The notes below the pieces were generated by a model. It searched no databases and was not told the DNA's origin. It saw only the letters and a list, made by a program, of their open reading frames with translations. A program made the position numbers and the translations under genes. A stretch of DNA of 63,868 nucleotides, the filler included, from Stramenopiles sp. TOSAG23-6 (taxonomy: Eukaryota), in assembly GCA_900128565.1 (NCBI GenBank). It is 16 parts of 16 records of this genome, joined end to end, with 100 filler letters (N's around TTAATTAATTAA, not from the genome) between each part and the next. Parts side by side here need not be neighbours in the genome. Positions count along the whole stretch, not along the records: positions 1 to 3,927 come from LT637323.1; positions 4,028 to 7,953 come from LT637324.1; positions 8,054 to 11,977 come from LT637325.1; 13 more parts are not named here. One strand, written 5' to 3'. This document shows positions 1 through 11,025 of this stretch, one piece after another (position 1 is the first letter of the stretch; the number at the start of each line of letters is the position of its first letter).

Positions 1-569
1 GTAGTTGGTCCCGTATGCGCGGCGCGTAAAGTCTGACAAGCTAAACTGAATCGGGTTCCACCCTTCGTCAAGGCGCATAGGCATTGTACAAATAAACGGT
101 TTCACTCGTGTCGTCGACTGATAGTTGGAGGCACGGAAACGTCTGCGTACGTTCTTGTCGTCGAGAACTTGAACTTCGAAGGTGAAGTACTTTTTTAGGT
201 TCTTGATGATCATAACCAAGAAGGGGAGCTTGATGCCCAGCGTCTTCTGCGGGTTTGCGGGGCAAGTAATAAAGTTTGTGCTTACGTTCGTTCCCATGAC
301 TTCAAGGACACTAGATTGGATATCAGAGTCGGTAATACGCTTGATATGACCATTGCGGACTGATTGAGAATTTGTGTTAGTTAGTGTTCATCGGGGGAAA
401 GGGGGGGGAAGGGGAGAAGCGCGTGGGGAATACGCTGCCCAATGGGCCGCGCGGGGGAGTCTTAGATCGCTGCTGTTTACTTACCTTTCTTGTCCCAAAT
501 TTGAAGCGGCTTGCTTCCGATACTGTAAAGGATGGATAAGAATCCCGACTGGAAAGTGTTGCGAAACAT
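1..569 (-). CDS. CFAP20: Cilia- and flagella-associated protein 20 (BUG22/GTL3), 2 exons (569-485, 359-<1), runs off window; missed by ORF track
   Basis: Manual translation [39 protein letters not shown]...[59 protein letters not shown], nearly identical to CFAP20; canonical GTAAGT...CTAAC...CAG intron at 484-360. Confidence 0.97.
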
Positions 570-2356
570 TTTATATGGGTTTCTCTCGGGTACGTAGTTT
601 TTAAATAGATGACCAACTAATATCAACTTTCTTTTGAAATGAAATTGATAATTACTATCTGGATACTTTCTTTCCTGTTTTCAGATACTTCTGTTTCTTT
701 CTGCTTTTGTATATCCGTCGTGTAACAAACCCAAAGAAGAGTCCTAAAATAAAATATACATATTCGTTTGGAATTTGTCCTCCTTGTCTTCTTGTAACAA
801 TAAGAAAAGAAGAGTTACGATTTTAGAGTGGCGAAGCGATAAGAAAAGAAACGAAGGAAGGAAAAGACAATGGTATTTCTATATTAAAATGGAATTATGT
901 TTTAGTAAAAATATTTTAATTAAAACAACGAGAGTCAAATAGAAATAAACCCATGCTATTTGTATGTAATTCCTATCTCCAATAATGAACGCAAAGAGTA
1001 AAATAAGATTTGATACAATTATTTAACAAAGGAATACAATAGAAATTAAATAATTATTTAGGACGAACAAGCCATGAAACGCCAAAAAACGATGAAATTG
1101 TTTTTTAAGTATAAATATATGTATTCTATTTAATTATCATCCTATAAAATAACGGCACATAAAGTCTCTTTCATCATTAAGGTTAAGGATAATATGAATA
1201 AAATATAGTAAATAGGAATTACATTTATAAAGTCAAAACAAATAAATAAAACTAAAACTAACTAGAATTAGTCTAATAATTCCCATATCACATACATAGT
1301 TTAAATATAGACGACTATTTATATATCCTTAATATATAAAGCAACAATATCGTTATTTCTAATTTCATTGTTGTCCTTGTTATTTCCCTATATTTGTATT
1401 ATTCAGAATTTGTATTACTCCCTATTCTCCTTTTATTAATAAATTACATAGTCACACAACACGTTATTTAACATAAAGATAGGAGAGACAAATACAACGT
1501 ATCGGTAGATGACGAACGTCTCGTTTTCTTTATCTTTCATTGACTTCTTAAACTAGTTAGTATACAACAATAGAGTACATTTCAATTTAATTATTCCTAT
1601 ATATATCAATATTACATAAAATACTGTTTTATGTCTTTTATTATCATTAATATAATATTGCATTTTTTATCTATTTATTGTATTATTCCTTTATGTCTTG
1701 GAATCCTCCTTCCTTCCTTCCTCCACCCAAACCAACCGTAAAAAAAAATTTCCCTTTTCTTTCTTTCTTTCTTTCTTTCTTCTTCGTCCATGAAACGCTG
1801 CCTCTTTGCTCTGTTATTATAGTTTAATGCTCTGTCAATAGAAATAGGCATCATAACAAAACAAATAGACGATCAAAGCACACATAATTATATTCTTATT
1901 TCATTTATTTAACATCTTTATACTTATAAATAATACTGTATTCGTTTCTTTTCCTATTTATCACTTTATTAAAATCTTTCGAAGAGGAAAGAAACAAAGA
2001 AACTCGTTTTTTAAAATATACTTATTTAGACTACAATAGATATTTCCTATATAATTATAACAATTTACATTTATTAGAAAAAAGAAGAAGAAGAGGTACC
2101 CTACGAGGACTACCAAATTGAGAAGAAGAATTTTTTATTTTGTGATTGACCCACACCCCACACTCCTCCTTCCTTCCTCCTTTTTTTATTATAATAATTA
2201 AATACTATTAATATACTACTGTACATAATAAATTAATGTGCATTGATTGATTTGTTATTATGAGAAAGAAAAAAGAGAAAGCCATTTCTCTTTTTCCCAA
2301 TTCAGTATTTCTTTATACATTTTATAGAAGGAAAGTGTGTACATACGTAAACCGCA

Positions 2357-3613
2357 ATGGAGGGGACAAGCAGTTGTAGTATTAGCAGCAGCAGTACTCC
2401 AGACGGTAAAGCGGAGGATGCGAACCAAAGTGCCCAAACAGCGCCTGCTGTCAAGGAGGAGACGGTGGGGGTCGAAGAACGACCTTTAAAACGGGGTCGA
2501 ACGGAGCCGCCGGGCGCAACTGCTGGGCCAATTCGAGAGTCTGTGGAGAGCGAGGCGCCGGCAGCACCTGCTTCGAACAGCATAGGAGCCCCGTCCGGCG
2601 ACAGTATCGAGATGACAGAGGAGGAAACTCCACCGGCCCCGTGGGTCGGCCACCAAAATGGGGTTACAGCTTGTAGATTTTCCCCCAACGGGAGGTTTTT
2701 GTGTAGCAGCGGGTTGGACAAAAAGGTAATTGTCTGGGATGTTCTTACAGGCAAACGGCTAAACGTATTGAAGAAATCGTTGGAGGATGGTGGCCACACT
2801 GCAGGAATAAGCGACGTCGCTTGGCACTGGTCGAACGACTACGTTTGCACGGCCTCCGACGACAAGACGGTAAAAGTGTGGGATTGTGCCACCGGGAAAG
2901 TGCTGATGACGCTAGGGTCATGGAACCAGTACGACGTGGTAGACTCGCACAACAGTGAAGTAGTGTGCATCGATTCGAACGTTAACGGGAACTTGATTGC
3001 GTCCGGTTCGTCGGACATGACCGTGCGGCTGTGGGATGTTCGCAGCGGCAAGTGCGTCCAAACCATTGAAGCCCACAGTGAGAAAATTTCCTCGATATCG
3101 TTCAATTGGGACGGGACGGAATTTGTTACGTCCAGCTACGATGGTATTACCCGGCTGTGGGACACGGGGACGGGGCTGTGCCTGAAGAGTATGGTGCCCC
3201 CGCCAAAGTCTCAGCTCGACAGCAGCGTTTTCAACGCAACTTGTGCGCGGTTCTCGGCGAACGGAAAGTACATTTTGTCTGGGGTCATGGATAGCAGCGT
3301 GCGGCTGTGGAACATTGGGCTTGGAAAATGCGTCCGAACGTACTCGGGGGGACATCTCAACGAAAGGTATGCCAGCACCGTCGCGTTTGACAAGCACAAG
3401 GGGGAACATGTATTTACTGGCTCGGACAATGGTGAGGTATGTGTATATAATTTACAAACGGGGGCTGTCTTTCAAAAAATAGAAAACCCCTTGCACGTTC
3501 CAATCATTGCCTTGGACACCCACCCAAGCAAGCAAATGTTCGCCTTCGGTGCATTGAAGGGAGATGCCACGCTTAGCGTCAAAAGCATGGGCCAGGCGGG
3601 AAAATACATTTAA
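2357..3613 (+). CDS. WD40-repeat protein, WDR5/SWD3-like
   Basis: About 7 GH...WD repeats (GHTAGISDVAW...SASDDKTVKVWD; SGSSDMTVRLWDVRSGKC; SSYDGITRLWDTGTGLCLKS). Confidence 0.85.
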   Translation: MEGTSSCSISSSSTPDGKAEDANQSAQTAPAVKEETVGVEERPLKRGRTEPPGATAGPIRESVESEAPAAPASNSIGAPSGDSIEMTEEETPPAPWVGHQNGVTACRFSPNGRFLCSSGLDKKVIVWDVLTGKRLNVLKKSLEDGGHTAGISDVAWHWSNDYVCTASDDKTVKVWDCATGKVLMTLGSWNQYDVVDSHNSEVVCIDSNVNGNLIASGSSDMTVRLWDVRSGKCVQTIEAHSEKISSISFNWDGTEFVTSSYDGITRLWDTGTGLCLKSMVPPPKSQLDSSVFNATCARFSANGKYILSGVMDSSVRLWNIGLGKCVRTYSGGHLNERYASTVAFDKHKGEHVFTGSDNGEVCVYNLQTGAVFQKIENPLHVPIIALDTHPSKQMFAFGALKGDATLSVKSMGQAGKYI

Positions 3614-3927
3614 CGCGGGCACGAAAAAGCACGGGCTTAATACGCCACAAATTTTTTAAGAGATTTATTAATTCTTGTGTTTATTTTTAAATTCTTAAAA
3701 CATATTAATTATAATTAATAATTTAAAGAATATACGCGTATTAAGTAGTACTGGTACACGTATATATGGCGCAAATTAAGTTAGAGTTGGGTGCTTACTT
3801 TTTCGCCGCACGCGGGGGCTTTGGAAAAGTAAGGGGCGTCCGCAAGGAGACTCTATATTGTCCGATGTTCGGGATTCTACTATTCTTCCGCTTGTCCGCG
3901 CCTCTGCTGACCTTTTCCACCTTGCAC

Positions 3928-4027
3928 NNNNNNNNNNNNNNNNNNNNNNNNNNNNNNNNNNNNNNNNNNNNTTAATTAATTAANNNNNNNNNNNNNNNNN
4001 NNNNNNNNNNNNNNNNNNNNNNNNNNN
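3928..4027. other. Artificial scaffold linker N-TTAATTAATTAA-N (six-frame stop); also at 7998, 12022, 16029, 20034, 24030, 28026, 32021, 36013, 40000, 43987, 47974, 51961, 55948, 59933
   Basis: Identical 12-mer inside N runs every ~4 kb; flanking genes are unrelated and truncated. Confidence 0.99.
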
Positions 4028-4388
4028 GTGGTGTTGGTACTGGTGGTGTTGGTACTTCTGATCCTCTTCCTTTTTCCTCTTCTGGTGGTGTTGGTACTTC
4101 AGCTCTTGCTGGTGATGGTACTCCTGCTAAAATAGATTTCGCTTTATCAACACTCTTCCTCATTTGCTGTAATACACTCCTTGCATTATGACCTTCGGTG
4201 CCCAATTGTGTTCCGGAATGAATGATTTGATCATTTAGTTGTAGAAGTTCAAAAATACTGTTCAAAAGCGACTTTGGAAAGTCAGTTGTCGAAGGTTTCT
4301 CTTCCATTTCTGGATCCATGGCGTGTACAATAAACGCTGTGTTATACAATACAACCAAGAAAAGAAAGAATACATATGTTATGTTCAT
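4028..4388 (-). CDS. Orphan secreted protein with Pro-rich EVPTPP repeats, truncated by gap
   Basis: Hydrophobic signal-like N-terminus ending VHA-M; open to scaffold end. Confidence 0.55.
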
Positions 4389-4669
4389 TGTAAAATACTT
4401 TTGTCTTTTTGGTCTTGTTTTCTGCTTATATACTTTGTATAATAAAGTATAGTACTGTATGATATATTATGGTGTTGCAAGAAAAAACAGACGAAAGGAT
4501 GTCCAAAGGGTAACGGATGTCGGTTATAATATTGAAAATCACCGGAACGACAATTGGAATTTTTCTCCGTACATCATATACAAAGAGTTGAATTTTACCC
4601 CTGGCTTGTCCTCTTTATTAGTGTTTTATAACAAAATTTAATTAGTCAGCGTATTTTATATTCTTCAAA

Positions 4670-5377
4670 ATGAAATCAAAAAGTCTCTTTTGTATATTCA
4701 CAATGTGCATCGTTTCAAATGTAAAAGCAATGTACTATTTAGCGAATGAACCACAAGTTGTACAAGCAGTAGAAAAAGATATACGAAAAAAGGCAGCACA
4801 AGCAACCGAAAACGCAATTAAAATTCAAGCATTTATTCGAGGAGTGTTAGCTAAAAGGGCAGCACAAGCAACCAAAAACGCAATTAAAATTCAAGCATTT
4901 ATTCGTGGAGTGTTAGCTAAAAGGGCAGCACGAGCTCGTAGAGGATATCAAGCTTATTTATCTTATTTGAAGCAGAAAATATTGATGGCTTTTGAAGAAG
5001 GAAAATACAATACAAAGGAACTCACTGCTTTCAAACAAGAGTATGAACAGAAGCGTAAAGAATACCAAGATAAGTGGCTATCAACAATCAACAAAGATGG
5101 AATAGACGTAGTCGACTTATTGGAAATAGAAATTTCCTGGGAGATTGAGGAATTGGAAGAGAAATTAGAGCATGAAATGAAAGAAAATCTACTACTGCAT
5201 CCTCGTGAAAGAGAGGAAAGAGAGGAAAAGTTAGCTCGTGACATGAACTTAGCGCTTCAATCATTGACAATTGAAAATATGAAAAATATACAAAAATTAA
5301 CAACTGGGGGTGTACAAAAATTGCCGGGCATAGATAAATCCAATCATAGATCTCAAAAATACTTACGTTCATACTAA
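4670..5377 (+). CDS. Signal-peptide protein with two tandem IQ motifs and coiled coil
   Basis: AIKIQAFIRGVLAKR twice, encoded by a 60-bp tandem duplication at ~4792-4930; N-terminal hydrophobic leader. Confidence 0.7.
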   Translation: MKSKSLFCIFTMCIVSNVKAMYYLANEPQVVQAVEKDIRKKAAQATENAIKIQAFIRGVLAKRAAQATKNAIKIQAFIRGVLAKRAARARRGYQAYLSYLKQKILMAFEEGKYNTKELTAFKQEYEQKRKEYQDKWLSTINKDGIDVVDLLEIEISWEIEELEEKLEHEMKENLLLHPREREEREEKLARDMNLALQSLTIENMKNIQKLTTGGVQKLPGIDKSNHRSQKYLRSY

Positions 5378-5528
5378 TAAAACTTATAAAACTTATAAAT
5401 ATAATCTTACACCATAGTAACAATTTGATTAATATATGATTTTATCATTTATAATGAAATAAAGTATGTAAATATTACAGAATTATTTGAACTCATCTAT
5501 TGTAAAAAATATTCTGAAAGATGATTAA

Positions 5529-7882
5529 TTACTTACTTCTATTTTTTTTTGTGACATTAAAGTTTTTGCTATTATTTTGTCTTTTCCTAGTTACAGGTCT
5601 TGACACTTTTGATTCAGAGTTGTGTTCTCCCTTGATAGTTGTGGATGTTTTATCAACTGCCACTGATGCAGCAGCGCTTCTTATATGCGCAGCTAAAGCA
5701 GATGTTGCACCGACTTGCATGGCATGGACCATATCTTTTTGAACAGTCGTTGCTTGTTGTGCAAGTACATTTCTAATAGCATTTGAATCCGTCGGTGAGA
5801 ATACGGAACTTGATGGTCCTAAAACATTCTCTAAGCCCATTAAAGAATATGCCGCAGCATTATGCGGAGACTCTGGACTATTTTGTATCGGAGCGGGATT
5901 GGGGTTAGGGTTTAGGGCAAGATTTTGAGGAGACGGGAAAACAAATTTTCCAATGTTTGATTGACCACTTGAAAGACCAGCGAGCATTAGAAGTGTAGCA
6001 GGTGTTAGTTGTTCATGAGGTGTTTGACTATTTATTAGATCTGAACCTTTACTTGTTGCAACACTAATATTCCGTTGATTTGTTGTGCTAGTACGATTCA
6101 CAGAATCAATATTATCAAATGTAAAAGCCCTTGGAGACTTTGGGGTTTTCGTCATTGATGTTAATTTATTGACATTTGAGTTGTTTGAATTTTTTATATT
6201 CATGGTTTCATTTGTTTCATTTCGTTTGGCAAATAGAGGACTATTAGGAGAAGATGCTAACTTGAATAATTCAGATATTTGGGCATCAATACCTTGATTC
6301 TGCCCAGATGGGTCAACTCCATATAGACTTGGAACCCCACCATTGTTATCTACCATCAAATCTTTAACAAACGCATCTAATGATAATGGAGCCGCTGGAG
6401 CATTTATCATGGGTGGTGCATCAGGCATTACAGATAAACCTTTCCGCCCTTTTTTGGTAGAATGTATTGTGAAAAATTATTGTTAAATTGGTTTTGTTAG
6501 GTACGAAACTTTCATAATAAAAAACAAAATTAAAAAAAATGGAAACGTACATAGTTTGGTGAAATTAAATTGTACCACGTTTCTGACGAAGGTAGTAACA
6601 TTTTGCTATTACTATTTAAGTTATCTGTCTCCACTTTGAGTCTATCAACAAATTTCATTTTAGAGTGTGAAGATTCGCCTTTCTTTGTCGGGGTATTACC
6701 TGAAGGTTGGGGAGGAGGCCTTCGTAAGCGTCTACCGGTAGGACTTCGTTTTGCTGATGGCGAAAAGTAATGTGAAAAATATTTTTTTTGGTGTACAAAA
6801 ATTCGTTAGGGACAAAATTTTCATAATAAAAAATTAAATTTTAAATTAAAGTGGACAACATACAAGGGTCTTACTGACGAAGCTTCAGCTCCATCTCTAT
6901 TCAAAAGCGATACAAGTAATTGTGTATGGAGTTTAGCTTTATCCATAATTTCGATATTATTCATTTTAGTTTCCTCTACATTTCCTGAAGCACCACCACC
7001 ACCACTACCACTCTTGGCAAGTTTTAACATTTCTAGAGTTTTTGCAGTAGACATTCCCTGTATAGAACTTGTTGTGCCTGTCGATATGCCGCCAGATAGA
7101 GATGGATAACCAAGTTGTTGCATCATCTTAGGACTAATTTTATCTAGTGTAGTGCCTCCCTCTATAAGTGCTTTCAACAAACTTTGACGTAGTGCCAAGG
7201 GAGACGCAGCAAGTGCATCGACAATCGAATTTTTGTTTCCATACAAATCAGTCTGGATCGTCTGAGGCCTCTTCCCGTCAATATGTTTCTTTTTTTTATT
7301 CGTTGAGTTTTTTGCTAAAATAGTAGATTGTAAGAGTTTATAACATCTATGAAATAAAGCTGAATCTGACTCTCCGACGTTGTCTAAAAGTGAAGAAAGA
7401 TTTAATGATGTTGGCATATTATGTACGGTTCGCAGTGATTTATCTAAGTCTTTCATTGTAACTTTCTTTCCCTTTTGAGCACCAATCAGTTTAATCTTTT
7501 TTGACATTTCTTTCGCTACGCGGCGCATGTTACGTCTCATGGTTGAGTACCAGTGATTCTTTATTGCGTTGTCTGTTCGCCCAGGTAAGCGTTTCGCAAT
7601 CTCCGCCCATTTATTTCCAACTTCTTTTTGACACTCATAGATTATTGCTTCTTCCTCAGGACTCCAAGCTTCACGCTTAATTGTAGGATCTAAATGGTTC
7701 AACCATCGTGTGCGACATTGTTTACCTGTACGGTTTATACCATTTCTAATAAGATTTTCTAATTCCAGTGCGACATTCGACCATTTTTTTACACCAAATT
7801 GTTTGACTAGGCGTACAATTATCTCGTCTTCTTTTCTTGACCATGCACGCCTTTCGTATCTATAGTTAGATCCTTTCATCAT
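5529..7882 (-). CDS. R2R3-Myb transcription factor, 3 exons (7882-6864, 6764-6551, 6461-5529)
   Basis: WSRKED...[14 protein letters not shown]...[23 protein letters not shown]; three ORF pieces join in frame on removing introns 6863-6765 and 6550-6462. Confidence 0.9.
6462..6550 (-). other. Non-canonical intron, GT-AT (89 nt)
   Basis: AACTAT|GTACGT...GTACCTAAC...TTTTTCACAATACAT|TCTACC; join gives [21 protein letters not shown]. Confidence 0.8.
6765..6863 (-). other. Non-canonical intron, GT-TT (99 nt), repeat family
   Basis: CCCTT|GTATGT...CCCTAAC...AAATATTTTTCACATTACTT|TTCG; join gives [10 protein letters not shown]. Confidence 0.75.
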
Positions 7883-8115
7883 TTCAGTAAATTAATAATT
7901 CCAAATATATTTTATGGGATATTTGGAATAACAATCTAGCACAATTGTTCTAANNNNNNNNNNNNNNNNNNNNNNNNNNNNNNNNNNNNNNNNNNNNTTA
8001 ATTAATTAANNNNNNNNNNNNNNNNNNNNNNNNNNNNNNNNNNNNNNNNNNNNTTTTTTTTCGTACGAAATTTTGTACCTAACGATTTTTTTTTGAAATA
8101 TTTTTCTAAATACAC

Positions 8116-8300
8116 TTATGGCTAAAGACGTTCGCATCGCAAACGCTATTCTTGACAATAACTATCCTACATGCTCAAAAATTATGAGAGAGACATTATC
8201 TTTATATGAAAAAGCTGTTATTAAACAAGGAAAACAAGCTGATTATACTGAAGTTGTGAAACTTTTGGAAGATCTTTGTAGTGGTAATAAGCTTGAGTAG
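8116..8300 (+). CDS. Last exon of a 3-hydroxyisobutyrate/6-phosphogluconate-dehydrogenase-like protein
   Basis: LMAKDVRIA...G.QADYTEVVKLLE resembles the NAD_binding_11 C-terminus; preceded by a repeat-intron 3' end. Confidence 0.65.
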
Positions 8301-8390
8301 TGTTTGAAGATTTTTTTTGTAGTAGCAAAGCATAAAATCATCAAAGCATTACATTTTATACAATACAAAAAACAATAATCAACATCAATA

Positions 8391-9392
8391 TCATTCTGAA
8401 AACTTTATTTTTCTCAAACGTCCAGTAAAAATTACACCCGAGACTGCTTTTCGTAATCGTTTTCTGGCCAACATCTTCTTCATATTATCAATTGTGCGTG
8501 GAAGAACTGGCATAGTCTCTTTCGATGCGTTCGCAATCCAGTCGTGTTCTAGTAAAGTCTTTATAGTTGGCCTACTTTTGGGGTCAATATTCAAAATAGA
8601 TTTAATAAAGCCAATTGCTGTATCTGAAACGAGATTCCAATCTTCAGGATCATATTCTACGTCACCAATTTTGATTAATTCAAATAAATCCTCATCGTTA
8701 TCGGCATAAAAAGGTGTATACCCACACAATAGTACATATGCAACGACCCCAATGCTCCAGACATCGGCTGGTTTGCCATAGTTAGGTTTATTTTTTAAAC
8801 ACTCTGGGCAAAGATACATTGGTGTGCCAGCTGCTTCGTGAACTCCACCAAATTCGTCTTTACCAACGTCAACAGCAAGACCAAAGTCTACAAGTTTTAT
8901 AGGGGAGTCTATTGGACCTTCATCTGCAACTTTATTGACTAGCATGAGATTTTCGGGTTTTAAGTCTCGGTGTACAATTCCATTTGAATGGAGGTAATTA
9001 AGAGCATGAATCATACTTAGGATAACGCTGCGCGCATCTGATTCAGTATACTTTTCTCTTGTCACAATAGAATCAAATAATTCGCCACCTTCAATGAGCT
9101 CCGTCAAANTGTAAACGGCTTTCTTTGTTTGATAGTCGTCAACATAAGAAAGAATGTTAGGATGCTCTACTCGCTTCAGAATACTAATTTCGTGGTTTAA
9201 AATCTCTACCTCTTTTTGATCGAGCCCAATAATTGAACACGCTTTGACTGCAAGAGGATGTCCATCTGCCTTCCTATGACATAAAAAGACACCACCCGAC
9301 ATACCCGTCCCTATTTTTTCTCCAATTTTGTATTTCGCCGTGAGTTCAGCAGGAAATTCCGGATCAACTTTATTTGATAAACATAATCCCAT
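8391..9392 (-). CDS. CaMK-family Ser/Thr protein kinase
   Basis: IGTGMSG, AVK, HRDLKPEN, DFG, GTPMYLCPE, DVWSIG; C-terminal ARKRLRKAV regulatory helix; MGLC N-terminus (possible acylation). Confidence 0.95.
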   Translation of the reverse strand: MGLCLSNKVDPEFPAELTAKYKIGEKIGTGMSGGVFLCHRKADGHPLAVKACSIIGLDQKEVEILNHEISILKRVEHPNILSYVDDYQTKKAVYXLTELIEGGELFDSIVTREKYTESDARSVILSMIHALNYLHSNGIVHRDLKPENLMLVNKVADEGPIDSPIKLVDFGLAVDVGKDEFGGVHEAAGTPMYLCPECLKNKPNYGKPADVWSIGVVAYVLLCGYTPFYADNDEDLFELIKIGDVEYDPEDWNLVSDTAIGFIKSILNIDPKSRPTIKTLLEHDWIANASKETMPVLPRTIDNMKKMLARKRLRKAVSGVIFTGRLRKIKFSE

Positions 9393-9649
9393 CGTGTACT
9401 TTATTGAGGGTGATTTATCAAAATCAAAACTTTTGTTTCGGTATAAAAGATATAGTGCAATATCTTATTTGGGTATCGGTACCATTGCTTGTCTACCCAC
9501 GCACGTGTCCCACGTTGAAACGTTCATAAAGATTTCGTGTATTGCTTTTTTTGGAAAAGCTTTTTTGCTTTTGGAACTTTAGGCCACTGAAATTTTCTTA
9601 CTGAAAAGAAAAAAGAATATAATAGTAGATAGATATACAATATGATACT

Positions 9650-10423
9650 TTATATTTCACTAAGAGTAGCCACTGGAAACCAAGCAGATGTCTTATCGTC
9701 GAAACGAATTTTTGCAGAGGCGTCTGAAATGTCGATTTCAACAATTTTCCCTTTACTACCCAGATTTCTTTTACGAGCTTTGCCCCCTTTAGAATTATCC
9801 CAAAATAGTGTGGATTCACCACCACTTAATCTTGTAGATTCTATACACTGATATTTAGCCCAAGTCTCGTCAGTGGTGACGATAACTTTCATCTTTTTCT
9901 TAATCTTCTTCAGAGTGAGAAATTTAAAGTTTTCTGGTGCTTCAGGTGGGACAATTTTTGAATCCTCATCTAATTTTGCAAGAAGTAATTGTCTATGCTT
10001 AGTCTCCAACTCATCTAGTTTCTCTTCAATTTCTGAAATGCGAGAAAGAGCAGCTCTTTTTTTTGAGCCCTTGAGTTCTTCAAGCTCATAAAGTTCAGAC
10101 TGGAGCTTCTCGAAAAGTTTCAAGTCCAGCAAAGTTTTCTGCACGGTTTCAATTTTTGCTTGAATATTTGTTCTACCTGTATCATCCAGGCAATCACGTA
10201 ATTCAACTTGTAATTCGTCCATTTGAAGTTGAAGCGCTACACAATCGTCTTCGTCTTCTTCTGTATCTACGGCTTCCATGTCAAGATTGTGTAATTCTTC
10301 CAAGCACTGCTGCTCTGTCACCTGCTCAAGCTTTTCCGCACTCTCTCTACCAGTCAAGTAACTTTTTTCTTGAACAAGTGCCTCAATTTGAACTTCTAGT
10401 TCTTCCTTTGGTATATTTGACAT
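9650..10423 (-). CDS. Hypothetical acidic coiled-coil protein with SH3-like C-terminus
   Basis: 257-aa ORF; GKIVEID..D.SAKIRFDD...WFP. Confidence 0.6.
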   Translation of the reverse strand: MSNIPKEELEVQIEALVQEKSYLTGRESAEKLEQVTEQQCLEELHNLDMEAVDTEEDEDDCVALQLQMDELQVELRDCLDDTGRTNIQAKIETVQKTLLDLKLFEKLQSELYELEELKGSKKRAALSRISEIEEKLDELETKHRQLLLAKLDEDSKIVPPEAPENFKFLTLKKIKKKMKVIVTTDETWAKYQCIESTRLSGGESTLFWDNSKGGKARKRNLGSKGKIVEIDISDASAKIRFDDKTSAWFPVATLSEI

Positions 10424-10646
10424 GTTTCTGATGTAAAATATACTTCAAAATGAATCTTTTTTTTAGTGTAGTATACAAGTATGGTAGACTACGACTGCTA
10501 GTGGTACCTATAATAAGTATTTTTTTTTGCACTGACTCGGCGAGAGAATTGAATTCCAACATTTCGATTTGGCTTCCAGTCAAAAAAACAAAAGTCAAAA
10601 AAAAAAGGAAAGCGACTCGTGAGTCAAAAAAACAAAAAACAAGCAG

Positions 10647-10679
<33 letters not shown>

Positions 10680-10717
10680 TCCAATTCATATAAAATGATC
10701 TGTGCTTTTTTTATCTC

Positions 10718-11020
10718 ATGATCTCCAGTTTGTCTGAAAAAATACGCAATTACGGTACTGCTGTGGCTATAGGAGTTTTCATTGGTTCGGCCTTAACTAC
10801 TGGAATTACAGCTGGAATTAGTGCTTGGTGGGCCGTCTCTAAAGGTGTGCCCGCGCTTGCTTCTAAATTGAACAAGGGGTACTCTTCAATTCTATCTGCT
10901 GTAGAGTCTGGTGCTCGCGAAGTTGCGAAAGACGTTAAACCCGCGACTGTTGATCGCGTAGAATTATTGGAAAGACGTGTGGCTGAACTTGAAAAGTATC
11001 GGAATAGTTCATTACGATAG
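10718..11020 (+). CDS. Small hypothetical membrane protein
   Basis: 100-aa ORF with hydrophobic segment and C-terminal coiled coil LERRVAELE. Confidence 0.55.
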   Translation: MISSLSEKIRNYGTAVAIGVFIGSALTTGITAGISAWWAVSKGVPALASKLNKGYSSILSAVESGAREVAKDVKPATVDRVELLERRVAELEKYRNSSLR

Positions 11021-11025
11021 CAATA

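Noticed and set aside
620-2300. Long AT-rich region as a hidden gene or RNA
   Set aside because: No ORF, structure or repeat I could support; treated as a divergent intergenic spacer.
2302-3482. Antisense and alternative-frame ORFs here and throughout the track
   Set aside because: Shadows of real genes or F/K-rich translations of intron homopolymers.
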